Below are positions 1 through 12,401 of a stretch of DNA of 64,000 nt, in pieces. The number at the start of each line of letters is the position of its first letter. Position 1 is the stretch's first letter. Below the pieces are notes generated by a model. The model ran no database searches, was not told where the DNA came from, and saw only the letters and a program-made list of their open reading frames with translations. Both the position numbers and the translations under genes were made by a program. The DNA is from Convolutriloba macropyga (lineage: Eukaryota): NCBI RefSeq assembly GCF_964194025.1, contig NC_134477.1, positions 29,636,001 to 29,700,000 of the forward strand, read 5' to 3'.

Positions 1-3000
1 TAGCCACTCTCTGTTATGCTATAAGTTTTTTTTTCGAGGTGGTAGTGCTAAACGCTCCATTCCCACAAAGCCGAATCAGGAATGAGTCGGTGTAGTACTG
101 AGCTCTGATAGGGTGGCACCGGACCTGATCAGATTCTGTTTGGGCAATAAAAAAACTTTATTCCTAGGTTTATTAAATTTCTGAAAAAAAATGAAAAAAA
201 CAATGTCCATGTCACAAGGAATGAGATAAACTGTGACAAACATTTTCCCCCAAGAACGTAGTCGAATACCCCACTCACAAGACTTTCACCATTTCTAAGC
301 GTCGCTGCACAATTCTTATCAGTTATCTGGCAAAATCTATAGTTAAAACCAATAGTTTCAGTTTTGTACTTAGTTGGCAGTGCAAGAAATACGAACTCGA
401 AAAGAAAACAAAATTTTTTGCTACTCAAAACGTGAGTGCACACTTAGGAGTAAAGAATGGATGCTAATAAATGGAAGTGCAAAATGAGAAAAATAGTTTC
501 GAAGAGACATTACTGACTACCGATTACTCCTACTAAATGGAGTTTGAACTAGATTAACAATAAGGAGGCTCGGTAATGTGCGTAAGCACATAATGTTCAG
601 ACCCGCTCATCCACATTCTTGACTTAATTGGCTACCAAATGATGAAGAGATAGAAAACTTTCAAAAATATACACATCGTTCAATTAACAACCAATAAAGT
701 ACAATAACGCCACGATGGAGGGTGGATAAAAATTTTTGATAATAGGTCTACTGGAAAGGACAATAAAAAACCAAACACGCATTATATACAACCAAAACTC
801 GATGTCTATAATAAAAAATCACAACAAAATCAAACTCACATCACATAAAAACCAAAACGAAACAATTTAACCGATACTTCATAAGATAAAATATGAGACC
901 TGTCTCCAAAGCGACTGGTTATCAGGTCAAAAAAAGAGGAAAAAGGTGCGAAGTTCAAAAAAAACTTTTCCATTTTTGAGAACAATCAATTTCACAGTTA
1001 TTATTGACATTATATGTCAACTGAAACCACTAAAAGGTTCTCTTATATCTGGATAGGAAGCAATTGAGGTAGGTCATTATCCATTGTTCGATTGTGCAAA
1101 ATTTACTATTACTGTTTTAATTTAAAAAGAAACGAAAATTTCTTTGAAATTTACAGATATATAAAAATCTAACGCTTTATGATATCTCGTAGTAATAATT
1201 GCAATAAAGCTGACAAAAAAATGTTTGAAGCTAAAAGTTTTATAAAGATTTATTTTTTGCTCACTGGAAACGAGTGGTGACCTGTGCCTACAGGCACTGA
1301 TCTACAAATCGACCGAAAAACTAATTAAAAAAGACGAAGCTCAAAAACTCAAAATTATATTTGAAAACAAATATTTTCAAAAGTCTTAGCAGATTTAAGA
1401 TTACAACAAAAAGGGATAAATTAGATTTCAATACTTCAGGGAGCCAATTGGGACTGCTAATAATGAGACCAAATCACGAGCTCACAAAAAAAACATAAAG
1501 AAGCCAAAACTTCAACCAATTTTACGACATTACACTGTTCAAGGCGCTATAATTATAAGATGTTAACTGCAAGAACACTAAATTATCATTTTACCTTCAT
1601 CTTAACATCAACGATTCTTCCTTATGAAAGGAGTATTTAGACATGAAAACAAAAAGAAATCCCGAAAATTGAACAGTATAAAAATCTCGAAAACTTTTTG
1701 TGAAAATAAATGGTCGAAGCAATCTGTCACAATGTATAACCAAGCGCAAAAAAATTGTTTGTATCAACAAAACTAATTGAAACTTCTAATGAGTGAGATT
1801 GAGTTACATGGTGACAAAAAGGAACGCAAAAAGGAGACAGAAGGAGAAAATCGTTTTTTAATTCAAGTCGAAAGTCATTAAAACAAACAGCTATAAACTA
1901 AAACCTTTACCTAGGTTTTTTAAGTCTTTGGAAGCAATTAAGATCTATCGTTATCGGGTAAAAGGCGCACAACATCGAAAAAAAAGGAAAAACATAGGCA
2001 AAATAAAAAAAGCACAAAGTTTTGCGAGATAACTGTGTCTCCGCCCAAAAACCATAAACTATTCAACAAAAATAATTAACACATCAAAGTACGCCTTTTT
2101 CCAACTTTGTACATTTTTTTACAATACCTTTCTTCAATTAAATCCTTTCTTCAATACCTTTCTTTATTTCAATAATATGATAATTCGACAAGGAAACAAG
2201 ATAAACTCATAAAATATAAACTCATCAATTGTGATAAAAAATAAAAGAAAAATCGAAAACTCGTAGTACCAAAATAGAGAAACTAATAGTTGAATATGAA
2301 ACAGTTACCGATATTAAATTTTAACTCACAAGAAATTGGTTTCCGCCTGTTATTACTGAGAATAGGCCCGGAGTTGGGAGAAATAAGATGAAATAGCGGC
2401 AAATTTTGAAAATTCAACGATATCATTGATTGGGGTCACTAAGTCTACAAAAAGTATCAGAGATATCAGAAATGAAAGCAAAACGACAGAAGTCCGAAAA
2501 CATTTTTTACAAAAACAATTTGTCAGAGCCATAAAAACCATGAGCTTAACTCTGATATCGTAATGTAATCTTGTTGGGTCTTATTTATTGTGAATAGTAT
2601 ATGTCATTAATTGAGCCCTGATTATTGAGAGATTATTGTCCGTAATTTGCAATAAAAAATTTATGTAATGGAAATTTTTTGAAAAAAATGTTGCGCCCCA
2701 TTAAAATCTAAAATGTTTTTTATCATAAGGATACATAGTGAGATCAGTGAGATCAAGATCAGTCCAAATGTTGCCGCGCGTCTAACAGAACACTCATTTG
2801 CTGAAGTGGTTGCGAAATGGATCAATTCTCCAAAACTTTTTAATTTGTCAAAAATAAGTAATTCATTTTGTATAATTGTCGAGTTTAAAATAGCAAAATT
2901 GGCAAATTAAAAAACCCAGAAGACTATTCAAGCCAGCGGGAATGTACAACTAGCTCTTTTTTGAGCTAAAGAAGAATCTGGCCGCAGTTTTAAGGTGTCT

Positions 3001-6000
3001 ACTTCCAGCAAAATTTAAGCAAGTGGGCTAAAAAAGCAAATTTGGTCCCATATTTGAGGAAAAAAGTCTGAATTTTAAAAAATATAGCAAAAATTCTGGC
3101 CGAAAAACTGTGGTATCGAACAAACCAACAACCCTCCTCTGTCGCTGAAGATAAAATTTATTACACTACAGTTATTAATTTTAATATATTTAAGCGAAAT
3201 TGACGAAAATTTGGTCAAGATTGACGAAAATTTGGTCAAAATCTGAATGAAAAAGCTGAAATACGTCTAATATTCACAAAAGTTTAAGACTCGATAACTC
3301 CCTATAAAAAACGGAAGATCAAATAATCTTTTTATTTCCATATTCTACGCTGGAACAGCTTTTTAATGATACCACTCACAACTCTCTACGATTATTATAT
3401 CGATCGGCCAAAATTGACTGAACAAAAAAAAACCCGTTTGAGTATATAGTTCCTCCCCCCCCCCACCCCTCAAGAGGGGTCGAAACAAAAATTCCAAAAA
3501 TGACTTTTTCGTGGAATAATGCGGCAAACTTCATATTCCACGCTTTGTGTTTTGTGGTAAACGAGATGATAACACTGTGAAAAATGGTAATAAATTCAAA
3601 ATATTCAACAATCAAGCATGTGAGCATGTCTTTTTTAATCGAAAAATATCAATTTGGCATTGATTTTGCTAAAGCGGCCAAAATTGATTATCAAAAATGA
3701 ACGTAATTGCCGTCCAAATCCGATAGTTAGTCACCAACATCGACGCCGACAATAAATTCCCCATAAAACACATACTCTTTCTACAGAAATTCCTGAAAAA
3801 ATAATACGCAGTTGATTTATTATACTAAATTAGTCATAATTATGCCTCTAGTTATAGTTAATTTGTTCAAGGCGCGTTGTTGGAAGAGAAGAGTCGGTGC
3901 TTTCAATTTCAGTTAACTGGCTATCCAGCTACAGGAAAGGAGCAGTGAATTTTGTCTCAGTTGCAAATCTTGTGAAAATTTACCTGATGAAAATTACCTA
4001 ACTATCCGTCTAGATTGTTTGATACAAAACAATTACCGCATCTAGGTCCTTAGTGGGCAACAATTTCCCGGTCATATGCGCCGTTTTATACATAGAAAAA
4101 GGCTGTTTTATAGGTTGAATCTAAAAAAACACAGTGGGCCAAAGCAGAATATGTCTAGACTTTGCTATGCAAATTGTTATCTTGCAAGAATAAAAATATT
4201 GGTAGATAAATGGCTTTCTTCTAAAAGTTTTTGGGGTGGTTGGTTTTTTAACGACTCTCACAAGGGCCTTTGGTTAGAATTTTGGTACCCTTGGCTCAAT
4301 GGAATTTTTCTGTTTTAGCATCCCCCGAGCTAAATAGGTGACTAGTGTTATTTGCACCCCAAAAGCCCGCATGCAATATTTTATATAATGATTTACTATG
4401 TAATGGCACCTGTTCTGTAACTTGGGGTGCATAACATATCGAGAAAACGTTATTTTTGTCGCCTAATCTTTCTTATGTAGCAATGAAGATGTTGGATCTG
4501 CCCACTCGATATATCTTTTAGAGCATTGTAGACGTTTTCCAGGCTATTTGTTACGTTATTTGGCTGTTTGTGACGTGTTTTTCAAATTTTCGGCTATTTT
4601 TGACGGTTTTTCGGCTATTTTTGACGTTCTTTAGACTTGTCAGGCCTAAAGAACGTCTTTAGACTTGAATTTAGGCTGGCAAGTGTAAAAAGCGACAAGA
4701 TCATAGCTCTGAACCAGCACTGATCTAAAACTTGCAATTGGGCATGCCCAGTACTGATATTGATTTGGCGTTAGGTCCGGGCTTGCATATTGAATTCTGC
4801 AAAATTTCGCATTTCGTTTGAAACGCACATTTTATAAGTCGTAATGAGTCATAGTATATCATAGTTTGAACTTTCAAAAACTTGCCGAAAACTGTAGCAA
4901 AAGCAGACAATTGTTATTTGCTTGTTTTTGGACGGATATAATGACAGTTTTATTCAATTCAGGAATAAGCAATTTATGAATAATTATGAAGCTAACAAAC
5001 CCTTACATTTCTTTATCACCGGATTAGAAGCCAATGACTATGCTGAAAAACGTGGAGAGATATTATGGGCGTAAAAAAACTGTTGATTTGCAGTTTTTGA
5101 TGCCAATTTAAGAAAACTTGTTCCTATAGTGTTGTTTAAAATAAAAAGTTGAAGTGAAGATAAGAAGTTTCGATTGTGTTTTCCGCCAATAATTTTGGTA
5201 CAACGTAAAGCTCCAAATTTAACTCTGACCTCATGTGACAGAAAGTTTTCTAACGTATTTCAAAACTGAAGCGCCCTCCCATAGAAATGCAGCAACAGGA
5301 CTAAGAACATCACGCTACTTTATTTGCACTACTTTATGCAAATTGGTGTCAGTTGCTAATCAAGGAATCATTTCCTAAGAATTGGGCACGCACACAGGAC
5401 ATTGAGACCACCTTCCAATGAAAGTATCGCAACTCAGAGAAACATTAATTAACAAAACTGCTCCTCTAACTTTAAAACAGAAAAAAATACCTTTCTAATA
5501 ATGAAATTTTTATACCGTAAAGCTGATTATTCAGAAGACAAAATAACACTCCTTTAAAAATTTCAGAGTGTGGATTTTGCATTCAAGGTGGTTTTTTTTT
5601 TCAAAAAGACTGCTTATCAAACCATATCACAATTAAAAAAATGACTTCTTCTGTTTGTTTATTTATTGCATGCATTACCTGGATGATGTACTTTATATAT
5701 CAATTCAGGAATTAACGTGTTTCTTTATTTACATATAATATATTTGACAGAAACTGTCTTTGCGAACAGTTTAGAGTGCATTGGGGAAAGTTTTAAACAT
5801 TGTAATAAGATAGTTTTTAACACTTGGAGAAAATTATTACTGCTCAGTAATGTTTACAAGTTTTATAAATTTTAAGACATGGTTCCTTTTTCGAAAACGC
5901 TTTTAGGTAAATTAAAAAAAAAACAAATTTTTGCTTCTTTTATATTATAATAAATAATGTCACGATATATAAAAAAACCTGATAACAAAACTTTTTTTTT

Positions 6001-7244
6001 TAAAAAAAAGCAGAAAATAAATTACCCTTTTTTTCAAAAATGGGCAACTGTTAAAAAAGAGATCAACGAAAAATCTTTATACAAGTGGCCTGAAATTTGA
6101 TTTATAATTTTCTCCATTACCTAGAAAAGGTAAAAAAAATAGACGATACCCCATTCTTTGGCCTCTGGCCTAATTTTTGCAATGTAAATATTTTCAGTCA
6201 CCTCCGTGATCTCTTACTATTTTCCATAATCAACGAATGCGCTGATGTTTCCCATTCCTTAATATTTTATAATGAAAAATTATGTACGTGATATGAACTG
6301 GTTGTTTCGCGGGTTTGTTTCACTATTGTAAATCTTTTTGAATGACATCTTAACCATCATCCCGTACTCATTGCGCAGCAAGGAACAATTTGATCGGTGT
6401 GTAAGCCAATTTAACTTAGTTTTTGGTGTCTCAGCAAATGATCTGTGCTTACGGGCTCTAAATTGATATAAGCCTAATGCATTTTTCTGTTGCGTCTCTT
6501 GTCAATTTTTTTGCTGTTTCTACGGATATCAAGTATACGATACCGATACTTCAGATAGGAGTCTCAAGGCGCAGCCAACCTTCTCAGCGCTTTTTTATCT
6601 TTTCGTTTTATGTCTGGCGGATCAGTTTGATAGAGCTCCTCAATCAGTAGAACAAAATCTTAACGCATCGTTGAAAGAAGACATAATAGAAGACGTACTT
6701 GGATTCAAAACGAATCTCATAAATGACAACTAAAATTTACGCTGGATATTGATCGGCAGTATTGCGGGGAAGCCAATGCAGTGATTGGGGTTAGGTTTTT
6801 TGTCTATGGTAATCGATGCCCATTCTCATGTGACGCTATTCACCCTTAGTGCTATTTTGCTCTTGCATTACATCTGGATTTTTCTATCGACATATAGATT
6901 AGGAACTGCTAAAGCAGCTGAAAAAAGTATCTTGCGTGAACCGCTCAACTACTCAAATAAGTTTAAAAAAATTATCATACAAAGGGAGATTCTGACCAGT
7001 ATTATTGTTTAGCTTGAACTGCTTTTGATCAATGACATTTCACTTGAAGTATTTTGTGCAAATGTTCACTTTACGCCCGTGAAATTACTTTATCTGCTAG
7101 CATTATTCTCAACATACATTTACATGCTGCAAATCCAGGTCGAGGTTTTCTTTTGTTCTCGCTTATGTACGTACAGAGGGTACGGTGCGTTCAAACATAC
7201 ACAGGCGAGGAATTTTCTTGAACGAGCTACATAAAAGCATCAAG

Positions 7245-7445
7245 TACATACAGTCGAGCCAAGGTCTGCAACATAGACGCACCTATTCTGCAACATAGAC
7301 GAACCAATTCTGCAACATACACGAGGCAGATTCTGTCACATACACGGGGCACCTTCTGAGCAACAGACAAGCCAAAAACTTTGTCATAGGCGAGCTGAAG
7401 TCCACAACCTTAAACCATCCACAACCTTAAACCATGCACCATAAC
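7245..7445. repeat. Degenerate 22-23 bp minisatellite (CTGCAACATAGACG...) followed by a 17 bp duplication
   Basis: Units start at 7266, 7288, 7310, 7333 and 7356; TCCACAACCTTAAACCA occurs twice from 7401. Confidence 0.8.
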
Positions 7446-8811
7446 CTTTTGCGAATAATTTTGCAACGAAATTGTCGGAAATGTCTCACATGATTTCCCC
7501 TCCTTCTCTCAATCGGGCAAACAACTATAGGAAATTTTTAGAAGAGCACTAGGTAAGTGCTCTCCAAAAAAAAATAATCTCCAAAAAATAATAACTATTA
7601 TAGCAAAAACTCCTTTTGTTCTACAGACTAAGTACTCAGGGGATACCTTATACCGAATTTGGTTCCACTTGAACAACTCCTTGACCCGATGAAGAACTCT
7701 TATCTTTAAAATTCGGTATTCGCGAAAATCAAAATTTCCGTATGAAAAACTAACTTCTTTCCTGGGCTAGCAATAGCAAAAATTCCAAAAAGTATCATTT
7801 TGTCCTACATTTTGCCTACACAAGGGATACTCTATACCGAGTTTGATTCGAGCAATATCAAATCTTTTTTTGTATTGCACTCTGCCTACCCAGGAGATGC
7901 TATCAAGATCAGAAATGCCAGGCGTTCCCTCTCTGGGGCAAAACACTATAGCATCTATGCACTCCTGATTCTTTTTGAGCACTGCAAGAAGCAGCGGAGG
8001 TGTTCAAGGCTTATTATTATTGCTGCGATGAGGCGACAATGAATTGTTCACCACGTCATGCCATATAACTAGCCTCTTTTTATCACGGAGGAAGTGACTT
8101 AATTGGAACTGTGCTGTATTTCGGACTTTCTTCGCGTTGGGGTTGAAGCTTAGAACCGGGAATGCCTAAACTTAATTTTTGTAACAATTTAGCTGCTAAT
8201 CTGGCAGCTAATTTGAAAACCATACGTTTTTTCGTTTTACAACATTATTGATCCGCACTTTCCTAAAACTCCTAACGTGAATAAAATTCTGTCTGATTGT
8301 CGAGAGAAAAAAAATTACCAAGGATGAGCTCCTATTTGCCAAAAAAAGTTAGTTCACTGATTTGTTTGTAAAGTATAAAAAAGTTGACCAAACTTGTTTT
8401 TTCAAAACGTTCTAATCTATCTAACTACTATTGAAATATAATAGAATGATCGGATAGATTTTTGTTCCAATTTTTCAACTTTGATCAACTTTTTCAAACG
8501 TTTTTTTTCGGCTTCGCTTATTTCAAGACTTATGAAATCTTTTCATAACGCATTTACCAAGATACAACGCTTTTGGTCATTTCTTAATTTTGACCATAAA
8601 TGTTCAAAATTGGCCGTTTTTTCCAAAAAAGCTTAAGGGGCGGATTATCGGTTACCGGGATATAACTGATTGCATGGTAACAAACAAATAAAAATATAGT
8701 GGGTGCTAGATTTGCTGGCTAATGAAAATACAAGTTCAAGCTAATGAACAATCACAAGTTTCTTTCCATGAAAAAAAAGAGTTTTTGGGATGAATTTTAC
8801 AGTTTTTTTTC

Positions 8812-9027
8812 AGCCTCTGATCACTTTCTATGTATGTCTTGAGAAACCTCTTATCAGTCTCTGTTCGTCTTGAGAAAACCTCTGATCAGTCTCTGTGTTC
8901 GTCTTGAGAAACCTCTGATCAGTCTCTGTCCGTCCTGAGAAACCTCTGATCAGTCTCTTTACGTTTTTGAGAAACCTCTGATCAGTCTCTGTTCGTCTTG
9001 AGAAACCTCTGATCAGTCTCTGTTCCG
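8812..9027. repeat. 31-33 bp minisatellite, ~7 copies (GAGAAACCTCTGATCAGTCTCTGTTCGTCTT)
   Basis: Directly visible tandem units with no unique spacers; each has a CTGATCAG palindromic core. Confidence 0.95.
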
Positions 9028-9228
9028 CTTACTATATCAAAATAATCATGTGAGACGGTCACAGAGGTGACGATGTAAGCTATCTATCTATTAAATATGT
9101 TTATCACAACAAACGGTGTAAGCAATCTAACTACTTAAATTTGTATGCAATCTATCTTTTTATTATGAATATCACAACTAACTTGTTGAAGATTCTTAAG
9201 TTGGCTCTGTAAGGAGCGAAACCAAAAA

Positions 9229-9607
9229 TATGGCTGAAAATGGTCTTTTGGATCATTGTTTTATTCGATAAGTAAGCTGTGAACAACTGTTCTACTTAAC
9301 ATGAAGGCACAAAAACACATCATAAAGGCTCGGCAAATCTATCTGTATTTGTTAGCATGTATTTTGTCTGAGCCGATTTTCGGCTCAGATCGGTCACCGA
9401 TACGCTTTCAAAACATAATAATATTAAGCCTAAAAAGAGGGCAATCGATTTAGTTTTTTGGCAGGCTACACGAAAATTATGTAAAGCGAACTTTTCCCTA
9501 CCTTTCTACGAATATTAGAACGCATATAAGACTTGCGTGCTTAAGAATGACGTAATACTTTTCTCGCTGCTTTATTTAAATAGCGCATTGTCATTTACGC
9601 GGCAACA
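9229..9607 (-). mobile_element. 5' LTR of BEL/Pao element 1, inverted relative to the element body
   Basis: The reverse complement begins TGTTGCCGCGTAA and aligns over ~380 bp (roughly 80-85% by eye) with 18829-19212. On the - strand it is followed by a PBS-like TTTTTGGTTTCGCTCC (9228-9213) and preceded by TTGCC (9612-9608). Confidence 0.88.
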
Positions 9608-11207
9608 GGCAACAATCATAACCTTCATAGGTGCTACAGGAGTTTCAATGTTGGTACAAATTCTTTGATCAATTGTGACCATAAAGCGCACTAGCATAAG
9701 AATGTGGAGACGCTTTGCATATACGATGATCGGACACTTTCATACTAAGAAGAAATTTTAGCCGACGCAACTTTCTTGCATGTTCCAAAGAATTCAAAAC
9801 CAGTAATAAATACCCGAAGGTGTAACAATGATGGTGTACATTACGAGCTTAAAACTGCTTGCAACCCTCTTGAACTTGCGAACATAATAGGGATCATTGG
9901 GTAAGTTGATTTTCTACTTTTTACACTTTGGTTGTTATCAGAAATGTTTTTAATTTATGAATTGGCCCACGCAGTTCCTTTTCATGTCCAACAATGTTAA
10001 TACGGTTGTCAGAAAAGGCTATGGCAGGAGCGCCAGGACTAAAAATACCAACAATTCAATATCATATACATATAAAACAATCTCCAGGGGACGGGAGAAA
10101 AAAATCTGGACGCCGCAAATTGTCAGGAACGTGATAAAAAAATTCCAGTTTTTTGGGATGGCGGATGTTTGCTTACACTCATCTTTTTGGTAGTTCAGTC
10201 TTGATTGAATTGATAGTTGCAGCATAAAGTGCTCTACAATTTTTGCAAATCGTTCAAAGGATTTGCAACAAAAGAGTTCGATTATTGCATAGAGTAGCTC
10301 TGCGTACAATTGAACGGATTTATTTGAAGTGCTGATGGTGGTGTTTAGCAGTATCAAAGAAGCTTTAGTATCAAACCGCATGTCCACCAACCGTTTTGAA
10401 GTTCCTGGGGAGTGAACTAGAATGATAGGTCCAGTAAACTTTGATAGGTCCGGTAAACAGTACTGCGAAATGCAGTTGCTCTTTTAAGGGGATGTTTGGA
10501 CATGAGGTCATTTTTTGGCAGCAGCAAACTCTCGTTGAACACTATATTGAGAATGACACTTGGCTTCGTGAACTTAAGGGGTCTTTTAGGCTACCGTCAA
10601 CGCTACATTGGTAGAAGTCAAAGAAATTACTCAATGAAGATCCGCACTTCCTGGTATGGTTTGTATTTGCGAAAAGAAATGCCGGACAAGGAATGAGATT
10701 TTGTTTTCGAAATGAGTCTGTTGCCCGAATTGCAAGAGAGGAAATATAAGGCGTTGTTCTCTTGTTGTAAAACTATATTTTAAAAATTAACAGCATCGGT
10801 GATGTTTTTAACATGAAGCTAATTCAGAAAAAGCCAGTACCTATACCAAGCTTTTTCACTGCAATACCTCAGTGAGCAAAACAAATGTTGCAACATCAGC
10901 CGGTTTAGCATTCGTGGCCAAGTGGTTCCATGGTCCGCGCAGGTATACTCCAAAAACTCTCACAATCATTCTACCATAGTTTTTATTGTCTAGCTGAAAT
11001 CAGCCACTAAAACAAAAGGCATTATTTGGCCAAATATAAACATTTTTCCGAAAGATGAATTAGTACAGGTAATCTCCTAGTTGAGTATCAAGCAAAGCAG
11101 ATTGCAGCCCCAAATTGGCAAAAATCAAAACCTTCATAGGTGCTACAGGAGCTTCAAGGTTGATACACAATATTTGATCAATTGTGACCATAAAGCACCA
11201 GCATAAA
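9608..11207 (+). repeat. Unclassified ~1.5 kb repeat unit (repeat X), target of the BEL insertion
   Basis: ACCTTCATAGGTGCTACAGGAG occurs at ~9622 and ~11130 (period ~1.51 kb). The region is reverse-complement homologous to 19213-21790; for example ORFs 10496-10696(+) and 19541-19834(-) translate near-identically. Confidence 0.85.
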
Positions 11208-11424
11208 GCTGGTGTCTAAACGTAAACAGAAAAAACAAGTTTACTCAAAGAGTATAAAGCGTTACACCAAAAGCCTGCGCTTGAGCTGAAAACACTCACC
11301 ATAGTGTTAGCACATAAGAACAACCTCCGGTCCTTGATAACACGCTCCCGACCGAAAAAAAATTTCTAAGCGCCGTCGTAAAACGTTTCGCACCCGTCAT
11401 GCATTCGAGGAAGCGGAACTCACC

Positions 11425-12401
11425 TGGGTATGGTGGTTTGCTAGGGTGTGACTTACTTTTGTTCTGGAGTTAAGACTATTAAGTTTCCTGACCTTTACGA
11501 CTTTTAGTTATGATACTTCGTTGCCTTAAATTGTTTCGATATTGGTAGATGAAGCACCATAATGAGTTGTGCTAGTTTGCCTGGCAGTAGCTTCTCCCCT
11601 TCTTTTTAGGGTGTGACTTATTTTTGTTCTGGAGTTACGGCTAGTGTGTTTGGTTGAGTTTGTTGCTGCGGTCCGCTAGCATTGTTCCTCCAGCATCCTC
11701 GCTCGTGGCTTACCGTCTCTCTCCCGTGCTATCCCGCTTTCCTTTTCTTCACCTGCTACCTGCTTGACGTTTCTGTCCCGTCCGTACTGTTTTCCAGTTT
11801 CGTCAAGCGCCGTCTGACTAGCGTTTTCGTCTCACCCGTACCGTTTTCCCGAATCGAAGGGCGCCACCCGTACCGTCTTCCCGATTAGACGCGCGGCGTT
11901 CGCCCGACTTTTCCGCCCCTTCCATGCCTGTTTCCCGTTTCGTCGCGCGCCGTCCGCCCGACGTTTTCGTCTTGCCCGTATCGTTTGCCCGCTTTGTCGC
12001 GCGCCGTCCGCCCGACGTTTCCGTTTCGCCCGTACCGTCTTTCCGCTTTGTCGCGCGCTGTCCGCCCAACGTTTCTGCCCCACCCATGCCATTTTCCTGC
12101 TTTGTTTCGCGCTGTTCGCTTGACGTTCCCGTTCGTCCGTCCGGTTTCCCGTTGCGTCGTGCGTTACTCGTTCCGCGTCTCTTCCTGTCCGTCCCATCTC
12201 CCGTTCTCTCCCGTGTTGCGCTTTTGCGCTCATCGCTATTTCTTTTCTTCGCCGGGTATTTCTTTTCTCGAGGAACACATGTGCTCTTTGGGGGTTTGCT
12301 AGGCAAACCGTCATAATAGGGTTCGAGTTAACCCATTTCTGTTTTGTGTGTGCTACCTTCTATTGATGAAATAAACTTTTGGTTCCTGTTTTGATAAGAT
12401 C
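11425..12401. mobile_element. ~1 kb unclassified insertion in the 5' part of BEL element 1, carrying a GC-rich 54 bp tandem repeat
   Basis: Abrupt switch to an A-poor + strand. It contains a direct repeat TAGGGTGTGACTTA(C/T)TTTTGTTCTGGAGTT at ~11442 and ~11607, and an AATAAA near 12370. Gag-like translation appears to resume on either side (..FEEAELT / MPTLQDKF..). No clear TSD. Confidence 0.5.
11720..12190. repeat. GC-rich 54 bp minisatellite (18-codon period)
   Basis: GTCGCGCGC(C/T)GTCCGCCC at 11942, 11996 and 12050; the - strand ORF shows GGRRATKR repeats every 18 aa. Confidence 0.9.

Noticed and set aside
1-2540. A-rich, coding-like stretch possibly derived from a decayed Polinton/virus-like element
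   Set aside because: No motif could be recognised in the frames I translated; compositional impression only.
7540-8060. Helentron/DINE-like non-autonomous element (hairpin GAGCACT-AGGTA-AGTGCTC, repeated GGATAC..TATACCGA)
   Set aside because: Single copy in the window and ends not definable; the resemblance is too weak to call.
8812-9027. CRISPR-like array of ~31 bp palindromic repeats
   Set aside because: Units are contiguous with no unique spacers, there are no cas genes, and the context is eukaryotic.
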